In this document: one piece after another, positions 23,573 to 33,269 of the stretch
Layout of the letters: each line of letters opens with the position of its first letter
Position numbering within the stretch: the stretch's first letter is position 1
Source of the DNA: an uncultured Candidatus Cloacimonadota bacterium
Lineage (GTDB): Bacteria; Cloacimonadota; Cloacimonadia; Cloacimonadales; Cloacimonadaceae
Reading direction: 5' to 3'
Assembly (NCBI GenBank): GCA_964550575.1
Contig: CAZKAA010000001.1
Coordinates: 1-57,454, forward strand
DNA length: 57,454 bases
Made by a program: the position numbers and the translations under genes
The notes under the pieces: model-generated
What the model was told of the DNA's origin: nothing
The model's database searches: none
What the model saw: only the letters and a program-made list of their open reading frames with translations

Positions 23573-24277
23573 TTGTCATTCCGGTGTCCCGAGCGGTTGT
23601 CATTCCGGCGCAGGCCGGAATCCAGTTCTTTTTTTTGTCATCCCCGGCTTGACCGGGGATCCAGTCTTTTCTCTGCGACTCTGTGCCTCTATGTTTCAAG
23701 CAAACCCTGTGTCCGGGACTGAAGTCCGGACACCCAACAGGCTAAAGCCTATGCCACAAGAGAAGCCTATGCCACAAACACCACCCGACTTAGAAACGTT
23801 GTCATTCCGGCCTCGGAGCCGGAATCCAGTCTTTTTTAGTTCCACTAACCACTTACCACTTACCACTCACCATCATTCTTGTTCCTTCCCCGGTCTCCCC
23901 GCGCTTGCCTCCCGGTTGCCTCCCGGTGCGCGACAGGGTGGATACCGGGTTGAGAGCAAGAATTTGGCAAGCCGGGATTTGGGACGAAGCGTGCTTCACG
24001 GACCTCCCGTCCATCCCGCCTGCGTTTTTTTTGTGGCATAGGCTTTAGCCTGTTGGGTGTCCGGACTTCAGTCCAGGACACAGGGTTTGCTTGAAACATA
24101 GAGGGCAAAGAGGAATGGCTGTCCACGAATTACACGGATGGACACGAATTATGGTGAGTGGTGAGTGGAGCTAGAAAAGACTGGATTCCGGCCGAACCAC
24201 CCCAACGAACCGCTTCGCGCTTCGTCGAGGACCCCGGACGCCGGAATGACAACCGCTCGGGACGCCGGGAATGACAA
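23573..24277. repeat. Composite REP-like repeat mosaic with three inverted pairs
   Basis: GTCAT(T/C)CC..GG(A/G)ATCCAGT hairpins at 23599-23626, 23637-23665, 23801-23830 and reversed at 24180-24250; 74-bp inverted pair 23686-23759/24031-24104 (1 mismatch); pairs 23573-23609/24240-24277 and 23818-23873/24151-24192; short-period tandem repeats. Confidence 0.9.
23897..23952. repeat. 11-bp-phased inverted-repeat element, GC class, copy 2 (near the centre of the mosaic)
   Basis: CCCCGC 23897, CCTCCC 23908 and 23919; 11-nt gap; GGGTGG 23936, GGGTTG 23947. Confidence 0.75.
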
Positions 24278-24380
24278 TGTGTGAGTGGCAATTCATGCAC
24301 GGATAACGAAGCGTAGGGCGGGAGCATTGATTTTTCTTGACCTGAACGGGGGAGTTGGAGAGGATGCGGCAGTTGGTATT

Positions 24381-26885
24381 ATGATGAGTTTGTTCAGATC
24401 GTTACGGTTTCCAGAACTGCCGCGGAGGGCCAAGCCCGCGCTGCGGAGTTGTCTGGCATTGCTGCTGCTGGCGGTGCTGCTTCCCGCGGGGCTGGCGGCG
24501 CAGAGAAAACCGATCGTGATCAAGGTGTTCGAACTGCCGGACGCGCGGAACACGGATGCCAACAGCAAGGCGAATCTGGCGGTGATCAACGCGTTCAGGG
24601 ATAAGTATCCCTGGATCGAGTTGAGGTCATTTTCCGGGATCAAGATCGAGGGCATGGACCTGGATTCGGGACCGCTGCTGGCGATCGCGGGCGGAGTGGC
24701 GCCGGACGTGATGTATGTGAACTTTCGCCAGAGCGACACCTATATCCAGAACAACCTGCTCTATCCGCTGGACGAGTTTCTGGCGGGGGAGAGCGCGGAG
24801 GACCTCGCGCTGCGGGTGGAAAAGCCAGTCTGGCAGGTGATCCGGCGGCAGAAGAAAGGCGATGGCGAAGAGCGGGTTTGGGCCTTGCCCTACGAGACCC
24901 TGGTGCGCGTGCTGATGTACCGCAAAGATCTGTTCAAGAAAGCGGGTCTGGATCCCAACCGGCCGCCCCGGGACTGGGACGAATTCATGGACTATGCCAA
25001 GCAACTCACGGATCCCCAGGCGGGGACCTACGGCACGGTGCTGGCGATCGGGCCGCAGGCGGCATACGACTGGCTGCCCTTCCTTTGGGCGGCGGGCGGC
25101 GACGCCGTGACCTACGACGCAGCCCAAAAGCAGTGGCGGGCGTCATTCGCCTCGGATGCCGGAGTGGCGGCGATGGAGTATTATCTGGACCTCGCGACGC
25201 GCGCCTGGACGGACTCCGAAGGCAAGCCGCAGCAGGGGTTTGCCTTGCGCGACGGAAATTGGGGCAATCTCTGGCAAGAGGGCAGGATCGGGATGCGCAT
25301 GGACTATCTTTCGCAGCAGAACATGGGCGGGAAATACGATCCGAACCTCTACGGCTTCGCGCCAAGCCCGGCGGGGCCTTCCGGCAGGGGTGGAAGCGAG
25401 ATCAACTGCCGCATGATGGGCATCTTCTCCGGCGCGGGGATCAGCAACAACGCGGGTTTGGGCAAGCGCGACCCGAAAGAGGTGCGAGAGGCGGCATGGG
25501 AGTTCATCCGCTTCTACGACAGCGAGGAAGCGCGGCGCATCCGGATGAAGGTGATGGTGGAAAACGGATTCGGAAAGATGCAGAATCCAGTGTTCCTCCA
25601 GCGCTACGGTTACGCGGAATACCTGCGCTACGCGCCGGCAGGCTGGCTGGAGACCTTTGAAACCGCGATGCGCGAAGGCCGTCCGGAACCCTTTGGCGAC
25701 AACTGCCAGAAAGTTTACGAATATATGACCTATCCGCTGGACGAACTGATCGGGCTCGAACTGGCGGGCAAACTCGGCACTGACGCAATGTCCCGCCGGG
25801 CGGCGATCGCGAAGGTTCTGGCGAGGGCGGAGCAGCGGACCAACGCGGAAATGATCGGGCGTCTTCCGGAGAAAACCAAGCAGGCGAGGGAACGCTGGGC
25901 GGCGGTTGTCGCGGCGCTGATCCTTTTCGCTTTCGCCTTCACCCTGTGGCGGGTGTGGAGAATCCTCGCCCCCAGGGAAAGGGCGCGGGGCAGGCTGCAT
26001 TCGCGGCATCTGGGCTGGGTGCTGATGCTGCTGGCTCCGGCTGCGCTCAGCATCTTTGTCTGGAAATATGTGCCGCTGATCAGCGGAAGCGTGATGGCGG
26101 TGCAGGATTACAATCTGGTGGGTGCGAGTCCGTTCATCGGGCTGGCGAATTTCGCGGAGATGCTGTTTGACCCAAGTTGGTGGTCCGCGGTGGGCAAGAC
26201 TTTGTATTACATGGCGTTGAGCCTGGGACTGGGGTTCTTTCCGCCCATCATCCTGGCGATCATGCTGCAGGAAGTGTCCCGCGCGAAGATGATCTACCGG
26301 GTGGTCTACTACCTGCCGGCTGTGATCAGCGGCGTGATCGTGATCTATCTTTGGAAGTTGCTTTACGCTCCGGGGGACGCGGGCGCGCTGAATCAGGTGC
26401 TGGCGGCTCTGGGCCTGGAGAAAAGCCGTTGGCTGCAGGAAGAGGGGCTGGCGATGCTCTGCGTGGTGCTGCCGGTTGTCTGGGCGGGAGTTGGCCCCGG
26501 CTCGCTGATCTATCTGGCGGCGCTGAAGAACATCCCGAACGAACTTTATGAGGCGGCGGACATCGACGGGGCTGGCTTCTTCGCCAAGATACGCTACATT
26601 GTGTTCCCCAGCCTGAAGATGCTGATCATTGTGCAGTTGATCGCGGCGTTCATCGTGGCGGCGCAGTCCAGCGATTTCATCCTGGTGATGACTTTCGGCG
26701 GTCCGAACGAAGCGACGAGGGTGGCGGACCTGATGATCTTCGAGAAGGCATATCTCTATCTGCGCTTTGGACTTGCGACGACGATGGCGTGGATGCTGAG
26801 CCTGCTGCTGATGGGCTTCACCGTGCTGCAGATCCGCTATATCTCGCGGATGGAGTTTCGCGTTGCGCGCAAGGAGGGCGAATGA
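24381..26885 (+). CDS. Fused carbohydrate ABC transporter solute-binding protein and MalF-like permease
   Basis: Signal peptide; SBP family 1 motifs (IAGGVAPDV, LMYRKDLFKKAGLDP..PP.DW.E); then TM helices with GLANF and the EAA loop ELYEAADIDGA. Start codon uncertain. Confidence 0.88.
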   Translation: MMSLFRSLRFPELPRRAKPALRSCLALLLLAVLLPAGLAAQRKPIVIKVFELPDARNTDANSKANLAVINAFRDKYPWIELRSFSGIKIEGMDLDSGPLLAIAGGVAPDVMYVNFRQSDTYIQNNLLYPLDEFLAGESAEDLALRVEKPVWQVIRRQKKGDGEERVWALPYETLVRVLMYRKDLFKKAGLDPNRPPRDWDEFMDYAKQLTDPQAGTYGTVLAIGPQAAYDWLPFLWAAGGDAVTYDAAQKQWRASFASDAGVAAMEYYLDLATRAWTDSEGKPQQGFALRDGNWGNLWQEGRIGMRMDYLSQQNMGGKYDPNLYGFAPSPAGPSGRGGSEINCRMMGIFSGAGISNNAGLGKRDPKEVREAAWEFIRFYDSEEARRIRMKVMVENGFGKMQNPVFLQRYGYAEYLRYAPAGWLETFETAMREGRPEPFGDNCQKVYEYMTYPLDELIGLELAGKLGTDAMSRRAAIAKVLARAEQRTNAEMIGRLPEKTKQARERWAAVVAALILFAFAFTLWRVWRILAPRERARGRLHSRHLGWVLMLLAPAALSIFVWKYVPLISGSVMAVQDYNLVGASPFIGLANFAEMLFDPSWWSAVGKTLYYMALSLGLGFFPPIILAIMLQEVSRAKMIYRVVYYLPAVISGVIVIYLWKLLYAPGDAGALNQVLAALGLEKSRWLQEEGLAMLCVVLPVVWAGVGPGSLIYLAALKNIPNELYEAADIDGAGFFAKIRYIVFPSLKMLIIVQLIAAFIVAAQSSDFILVMTFGGPNEATRVADLMIFEKAYLYLRFGLATTMAWMLSLLLMGFTVLQIRYISRMEFRVARKEGE

Positions 26886-28756
26886 GCATCATCGGCAGGG
26901 TGGGGCGGCAAAGCTCCAAAGTCCGGGCACTGAACGCATCGCTCCATATCATCTTGATGCTCGGGGCGGTAACGATGGTCTATCCTTTCATGCTGATGGT
27001 CTCCTCATCTTTCAAGAGCGCGGTGGACAGCACCAGGCTGGACCTGGTTCCGAAGTACGTTTATCAAGACGAAGCGCTCTATCAGAAGTATCTGGAAAGC
27101 AGATACAACGAGGAAAGCAGCCGCTTGATGGACAATTATCCGGGCTCCTGGATCGCTTTTTCCGAAGTGAGGCTGCCGCAAAATGCCAATCCCGCGGTGT
27201 ATGCGGATTGGAAGGAGTTTCTCAAAGCGCGGGCGGCAGACTACGGGGTTTATTACTATTACGTCGCGGAGCACTACGGCCGGGGGGTTTATCCTCTGGC
27301 GCAGAGGCAGTACCGCAAGATCCTGCGTGAGGAAAACGACGGCGATCTGGCGGCGTTCAACCGGAGATACAACACAGGCGCGAAGAGTTGGGAGGAGATC
27401 TCCGTGGAGGAGAAGGAGATCTTCCTGCGGAACTTCGTGAGTTCCACCGAAGGCTATCTGGGCAGGTTCCGCCGCTTCAAGGAAGAACGACCGGACTGGC
27501 AGCGTCTGTATATGAACCCGGACGGGAGCTTTGCCAATGCCGTCCTGATCCCGGCGTTCCAGGGCAGGATCGAAGCCTTCAACGCTGCCTGCGAAAGGTC
27601 TTATGGCTCCTGGGGCGAGGTGATCCTGCCGGAAGTCTGCCCTCCCGAGGATGATCCGCTGCGGGAGTATTGGCTGGAGTATGTGCGCGAAATGCTCTCG
27701 ATCCAGCATCTAAGCCTGTCCGCGGACGCGGAGACTGGATTTCGGCAGGCTCTGAGGGACAAGTACGCAGAAATTGGCCTGCTCAACGCTGCCTGGCAGA
27801 GCGATTACAAGGACTTTTCCGAGGCGGGCATTCCGGATCGCCTGCCGGACAGCGGGGCGAGGGTCGACGATCTGGCTCTGTACATCCAGACCAAAGCAGC
27901 GCCGGAGGAGATCAGGATCCGCAGCATCGCGGAAGGCTTCCGCGGCTGGTTGCGAGAGAAATATGGGCAGATCGAAGCTATGAACAAGGCATACGGCACC
28001 AGCCACGAGAGTTTCGCCGCGATGCCTTTTCCCGCGGGCGCAATCGATCAGGGAACGTTTCTGGAGCGAAAGGGAGCCATCCGGAAGGAGTTCCTGACCC
28101 GCAACTATGCCATGGCACTCGACCAGATGCTCGCCGATGCCCGGTCCCTGCGCAACACGCTTATCTATGTGCTGCTATCCATCCTCTTCGCGGTCACGGT
28201 CAACCCCCTGGCAGCCTACGCGCTGAGCCGCTTCAAGCCTCGCTTCGCGCATCAGACGATCATGATCTTCATGCTCACGATGGCGTTCCCGGCGATGGTG
28301 ATGGGCATCCCGAACTTTCTGATGCTGAAGCGGCTGGACCTGCTCAACACATTTTGGGCGCTGGTGCTTCCCGCCGCGGCAGACGGATACTTCATTTTCC
28401 TGCTCAAGGGCTTTTTCGACAGTCTGCCCCGTGAGCTTTATGAAAGCGCGAGCCTGGACGGAGCGGGGGAATTCCGCATGTTCTGGCAGTTCACGATGTA
28501 TCTCAGCAAGCCGATACTGGCGGTTATCGCGCTGGGAGCGTTCAACGCCGCCTACCGCAATTTCCTCTTTGCCTTCCTTGTCTGCCAGGACCAGTCCATG
28601 TGGACCCTGATGGTGCATATCTACGAACTGATGCAGCGCGCCAGCAGCGGAGTCGGCTACGCGGCGCTGGTGATCGCCGCCATACCAACGCTCGCGGTGT
28701 TTGTCTTTTTCCAGAATATTATAATTCGGGGCATTGTGGTCCCGATGGAGAAATAA
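26882..28756 (+). CDS. MalG-like carbohydrate ABC permease with a large extracytoplasmic insertion
   Basis: ATGA overlap; TM1 ..YPFMLMVSSSFKS; long soluble insert; then LRNTL..AAYALSR and LPRELYESASLDGA. Confidence 0.88.
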   Translation: MSIIGRVGRQSSKVRALNASLHIILMLGAVTMVYPFMLMVSSSFKSAVDSTRLDLVPKYVYQDEALYQKYLESRYNEESSRLMDNYPGSWIAFSEVRLPQNANPAVYADWKEFLKARAADYGVYYYYVAEHYGRGVYPLAQRQYRKILREENDGDLAAFNRRYNTGAKSWEEISVEEKEIFLRNFVSSTEGYLGRFRRFKEERPDWQRLYMNPDGSFANAVLIPAFQGRIEAFNAACERSYGSWGEVILPEVCPPEDDPLREYWLEYVREMLSIQHLSLSADAETGFRQALRDKYAEIGLLNAAWQSDYKDFSEAGIPDRLPDSGARVDDLALYIQTKAAPEEIRIRSIAEGFRGWLREKYGQIEAMNKAYGTSHESFAAMPFPAGAIDQGTFLERKGAIRKEFLTRNYAMALDQMLADARSLRNTLIYVLLSILFAVTVNPLAAYALSRFKPRFAHQTIMIFMLTMAFPAMVMGIPNFLMLKRLDLLNTFWALVLPAAADGYFIFLLKGFFDSLPRELYESASLDGAGEFRMFWQFTMYLSKPILAVIALGAFNAAYRNFLFAFLVCQDQSMWTLMVHIYELMQRASSGVGYAALVIAAIPTLAVFVFFQNIIIRGIVVPMEK

Positions 28757-31700
28757 TGCAGAACGAAAAGATCCATATCGAGCGGATCAAGCGCCTCGCT
28801 GAGAGGCAGAAAGCGCTGATCTACGCGCGGAAATATCCTGTCCGGGCCCAGTATGTCGCTGCTCCCGATCCCATTCCTTTCGACAGCCTCAACGGACTGG
28901 AGTGGAAAGAGATATCTCTGGGAGAAATATGGGGAAAGCCGTGGGAAAGCGCCTGGTTCAGGCTCCGCGCGGAAGTGCCGGTAGACCTTGCCGGTCTGGA
29001 GACCGGGCTCTTGTTCGATTGTGACGGAGAAGCCTGCCTCTTCCGCGGGGCAACCCCCTATCAGGGCTTGACGCCCAAGGTTGATTGGTACCATAATGCG
29101 GCCAAGCATTATGTGCCTCTCGCGGATACTGCGGAAGCGGGTCAGGTCTTTGATCTGCTGATCGAGGCGGCGGCAAATGACCTCTTCGGGAGCGGCAAAA
29201 CGGAATACCGCCTGCGTGAATGTTCCCTGGTCTGCCGCGATTCGAGACTCCGCAACTTGCTTTGGGACATCGAACTGCTGTTGGATCTGGCTCTCAGTTT
29301 GCCGGCGGGTCAAACCAGGCGGCAGCGCATCCTCTTTGGGCTGAACAGGGTTTGTGATCTATGGAACTCGGATCGCCAGGCCTGCGAAGGCATCCTGTCC
29401 GGATTACTATCCCAGCCAGCCAACGCCAGCGCTCTAACTGCATTCAGCGTTGGGCACGCCCATCTCGATCTGGCCTGGCTGTGGCCCATCCGCGAGACCA
29501 AACGCAAGGGAGGCAGAACTTTCGCCAACGCGCTGCGCTTGCTGGAGCAGTATCCTGAGTATGTTTTCGGCGCATCCCAAGCCCAGTTATACCAATGGAT
29601 GAAGGAGTTGTATCCCCATCTTTATGAGCAGGTTAAGACTCAGGTGACGGAAGGCAGGTGGGAGATTCAGGGAGCGTCCTGGGTGGAGTTCGACACCAAC
29701 CTGATCTCGGCTGAATCGATTATACGGCAGTTCATGTATGGCAAGCGCTTCTTCCGCGATGAGTTCGGCATCGAGCCGAATATCCTCTGGCTGCCCGACT
29801 GCTTCGGCTTCAGCGGCAACCTGCCCCAGTTGATGAAAGGCTGCGGCGTGGACTATTTCGTCACCCAAAAACTATCCTGGAACGAGAGCAACGTCTTCCC
29901 CCACCATCTCTTCCATTGGGAAGGCATCGACGGCACCCGCGTGCTGGCGCACCAACTGCCCACCAATGACTACAACTTTTCCAACAATCCCTCCGCCTTC
30001 CTCAAGACAGAGGAACGCTTTGCCCAAAGCGAGGTTTGCGATGCCTTCCTCAACCTTTACGGCATCGGCGACGGGGGAGGCGGACCAACGGATGCGCATC
30101 TGGAATACGGACTCCGGCAGCAGGACCTTGAAGGCGTGCCCAGATTCCGTTTCTGCAAATCCACAGACTTCTTCCAACATCTGGAAACCCTGGACAAGTC
30201 ACTTCTGCCGCTCATGCCCGGCGAACTCTATCTGGAATACCACCGCGGAACTTATACCACGCAAGCGCGGATGAAGCGCGACAACCGTAGCAGCGAGAAG
30301 CTGCTCAAGGCGGCGGAATTCATCTCCTCTTTGATGCCGGGAACCTCATATCCCGAGGAGCTTAGGGCTGTGTGGCAGGATACGCTGCTGCTCCAGTTCC
30401 ACGATATCATTCCCGGTTCTTCGATCGGCAAGGTCTATGAGGACGCGCGCGAGATCAGTTCCCGCAACCACCAAAAGCTTGAGAATTTCATCCGCGAACG
30501 CGCCGCTGGCCTTGCCAAAACAAAAAGCTCAGAACATTGCGCATCCTTTGTGCTGATAAATCCTTCGCCCGCGGAGAAGACAGAATGGCTGCAGCTTCCG
30601 GCCGCAGAAAAAGACTTGATGCCTTGCGGCAAAGACGGAGAAGCGCTGCCCTGCTGGGCCACTCCGGAGGGGATATTGGTCAAAGCCAGCCTTCCCGCGT
30701 GGAGCCTGGAAACGATTACTCTCAAAGCAGTTCCGGGATCTGTTGCCAACTCTGTTCCGCTCGAGGGCAGCGTGCTGGAAAACGAGTTTCTGCGCGTGGA
30801 GGTCACCGCCCGTGGCAGCGTGAGCGAAGTTTGGGACAAAGAAAGTGGCATGCTGCTGCTTGCTTCGGAGTCCAACCGCCTTCTGCTGTGGGAGGACGAA
30901 CCCAACAACTGGGGTGCCTGGGACATCAACCATTTCTATAGGGACACTACCCCAATCCAGACGGAAGAAATATCCCTCGAATCCGCGCAAAGCTTCACTG
31001 TGCCGGGAGAGTTTTCGCGGCTGGTCCAACTCCTGCGCGCAGGAACTTCGGTGCTGCGCCAGACGGTGGAACTCCGCCGGGGAGAGCGTATGCTCCGGAT
31101 CTTCCACCACATTGATTGGCAGGAGAAGCACAAGATGCTGCGCTCTCACTGGCATCCAAACATTATCTCAGCACAGGCCGGCTTCGGCATTCAGAGCGGA
31201 GTCGTCCGACGCAGTTCCAAACCCGCCAACTCATGGGAGGAAGCCCGCTTCGAGGTCCCCTTCCAGAAGTTCTTCGATCTCTCCCAGGCCGACCGCGGCT
31301 GCGCCATTCTCTGCGACACCAAGTTCGGCTGCCGGGTGCGGGACAACGAGATGGAACTCAATCTCCTGCGCTCTCCGGCAGACGTCGATCCCCAGGCAGA
31401 CATTGGAATCCACGATTATTCCTACGCGGTTTGCTTTCATGAAGGGCATTGCGGGAGTTCCAGGCTCTGGCAGATTGCCGAATCCTACTGCTCAGATCTC
31501 TTGTGCCTGGAAATCCCCGGCTCGACTGCCTCTTTGCCCGCATCGCCTTTCCAACTCGTTTCCGACGCCGTCGCGCTTGATATGGTCAAACCGGCAGAAA
31601 GGGGCGGTGGGGTTGTGCTCCGCCTGCACGAATGCTCTGGAGGTTCCGCTGAGGCTACGCTCTTCGCCTCAGGGTTTTCTTCCTGGAAGCCCTGCGACAT

Positions 31701-31803
31701 GCTGGAAAATCCGCTTCCCGGCTCAGGGCAGCAGGTTATTGGTGAACAGGGCGTTACTCTTTGCTTCACGCCCTACGAGATTAAAACCCTTATGCTAAGG
31801 TAG
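28756..31803 (+). CDS. Alpha-mannosidase, GH38
   Basis: VGHAHLDLAWLWP, WLPDCFGFSG, GIGDGGGGP, GELYLEYHRGTYT, LQFHDIIPGSSI; TAATG coupling to the permease. Confidence 0.95.
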   Translation: MQNEKIHIERIKRLAERQKALIYARKYPVRAQYVAAPDPIPFDSLNGLEWKEISLGEIWGKPWESAWFRLRAEVPVDLAGLETGLLFDCDGEACLFRGATPYQGLTPKVDWYHNAAKHYVPLADTAEAGQVFDLLIEAAANDLFGSGKTEYRLRECSLVCRDSRLRNLLWDIELLLDLALSLPAGQTRRQRILFGLNRVCDLWNSDRQACEGILSGLLSQPANASALTAFSVGHAHLDLAWLWPIRETKRKGGRTFANALRLLEQYPEYVFGASQAQLYQWMKELYPHLYEQVKTQVTEGRWEIQGASWVEFDTNLISAESIIRQFMYGKRFFRDEFGIEPNILWLPDCFGFSGNLPQLMKGCGVDYFVTQKLSWNESNVFPHHLFHWEGIDGTRVLAHQLPTNDYNFSNNPSAFLKTEERFAQSEVCDAFLNLYGIGDGGGGPTDAHLEYGLRQQDLEGVPRFRFCKSTDFFQHLETLDKSLLPLMPGELYLEYHRGTYTTQARMKRDNRSSEKLLKAAEFISSLMPGTSYPEELRAVWQDTLLLQFHDIIPGSSIGKVYEDAREISSRNHQKLENFIRERAAGLAKTKSSEHCASFVLINPSPAEKTEWLQLPAAEKDLMPCGKDGEALPCWATPEGILVKASLPAWSLETITLKAVPGSVANSVPLEGSVLENEFLRVEVTARGSVSEVWDKESGMLLLASESNRLLLWEDEPNNWGAWDINHFYRDTTPIQTEEISLESAQSFTVPGEFSRLVQLLRAGTSVLRQTVELRRGERMLRIFHHIDWQEKHKMLRSHWHPNIISAQAGFGIQSGVVRRSSKPANSWEEARFEVPFQKFFDLSQADRGCAILCDTKFGCRVRDNEMELNLLRSPADVDPQADIGIHDYSYAVCFHEGHCGSSRLWQIAESYCSDLLCLEIPGSTASLPASPFQLVSDAVALDMVKPAERGGGVVLRLHECSGGSAEATLFASGFSSWKPCDMLENPLPGSGQQVIGEQGVTLCFTPYEIKTLMLR

Positions 31804-31808
31804 GATGT

Positions 31809-33269
31809 ATGCTTCCCCAACCCAAAAATTACCGTCCGTTCAAGCAAAAGTTCCGGATTACCTCCCGGGTCGTTTATCAGGGCTTCGCAAACCTTTCCAA
31901 CCGTGAATATACCTATTTGGCGTCCCAACTGGACAGCTTCTATGTAGAGCTGTTCGAGGGAGCGGATAAGGACGAGGAAAACTTTCACCTGATCGGCTTC
32001 GAACTTGTCCCGGAAAAGAAAACAGTCCCCGCCGGGCATTACCGCATCATTGCCAGACCCCACACCACGGTGATCCGCTCGGAGTCCTACCCCGGTCTGG
32101 TGCACGGTGTGCAAACCCTCAAGCAACTCTGGTATCTGGCCGCCTATGACTGCGATACCGAAGCGCCGGAATTGCCTTGTTTCACTCTCGAGGACTGGCC
32201 CTCTTTTTCCTGGCGGGGAATGCATCTGGACACCAGCCGCCACTACTTTGACTACAAATTCATCCGCCGCTATCTGGACTGGATGGCAGCTTTCAAACTC
32301 AACAAATTCCATTGGCACCTCAGCGACGATCAGGGCTGGCGTCTGGAAAGCAAACGCTTTCCCCGCCTTCATGAAATAGGCTCCAAGCGCCGTGAAGCAG
32401 ACGGCAGCGTCTATGGGGGCTATCATACTCAGAAACAGGTTCGGCTGGTGCTGGAGCACGCCAGTGACCGAGGCATCGAGGTGGTGCCCGAGATCGATAT
32501 CCCCGGCCACGCCATGTCAATGCTTTCCGCCTATCCGGAACTCGCCTGCTTTCCGCGTGAGTTCGAACCGCTCAGCGTCTGGGGCATTTCCGAAGACATC
32601 CTCTGCGCGGGGAAAGACAGCGTGCTGGATTTCCTCAAGGACCTGCTCGACGAAGTGATGGAGCTGTTCCCCGGCCAATACGTCCATCTGGGCGGCGACG
32701 AAGTTCCCAAGAACCGCTGGAAAGAATGCCCCCATTGCCAGAAGCGCATACGGGACAAGGGATTGCGGGATGAGGAGCAACTCCAGGCATGGTTTCTCAA
32801 GCAACTTGTCAGCCACGTCCAAAAGCGCGGCAAATCCGTCATCGGTTGGGATGAGATCTTGGACGGCGGGATCGACCGCAAGCCTGTGGTCATGTGCTGG
32901 CGCGGAGACGCGGCGGATGCAGCCCGCAAGGCGCACGACAATGGCAATCGCTACATCATCTGCCCCAACAACAAACTCTATTTCGACTGGCGATTCTGCG
33001 ATTTCCCCGGAACTCCCGGCTCCTTCGGCGTCACCACCAATGAGGATGTCTACGGGCTTGACCTTAACCGCTACAAGTTTGACAACCCCAAACTCTTTCT
33101 GGGCGGACAGGCGAACCTCTGGACGGAGCATGTGGAAAACTCCCGCGTGCTCAAGGAACTGATCGATCCCCGCATGCATTTCCTGGCGGAGCTGTTTTGG
33201 TCCGACCCTCAGGAAAAGGACTTCAGCGAGTGCCATGAGCGTTCTTGGGACCTGAGGGGCTTTATATGA
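31809..33269 (+). CDS. Beta-N-acetylhexosaminidase, GH20, no signal peptide
   Basis: WRGMHLDTSRH, FHWHLSDDQGWR, PEIDIPGH, HLGGDEV catalytic DE pair, LWTE. Confidence 0.95.
   Translation: MLPQPKNYRPFKQKFRITSRVVYQGFANLSNREYTYLASQLDSFYVELFEGADKDEENFHLIGFELVPEKKTVPAGHYRIIARPHTTVIRSESYPGLVHGVQTLKQLWYLAAYDCDTEAPELPCFTLEDWPSFSWRGMHLDTSRHYFDYKFIRRYLDWMAAFKLNKFHWHLSDDQGWRLESKRFPRLHEIGSKRREADGSVYGGYHTQKQVRLVLEHASDRGIEVVPEIDIPGHAMSMLSAYPELACFPREFEPLSVWGISEDILCAGKDSVLDFLKDLLDEVMELFPGQYVHLGGDEVPKNRWKECPHCQKRIRDKGLRDEEQLQAWFLKQLVSHVQKRGKSVIGWDEILDGGIDRKPVVMCWRGDAADAARKAHDNGNRYIICPNNKLYFDWRFCDFPGTPGSFGVTTNEDVYGLDLNRYKFDNPKLFLGGQANLWTEHVENSRVLKELIDPRMHFLAELFWSDPQEKDFSECHERSWDLRGFI

Noticed and set aside
23573-24277. 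Possible CRISPR array or integron attC array
   Set aside because: Repeats vary in length and orientation, there are no regular unique spacers, and there is no cas or integrase gene in the window.
23508-24327. Short ORFs across the repeat mosaic (also 56953-57380)
   Set aside because: They are translations of the palindromic repeats, with no RBS or protein-family motifs.
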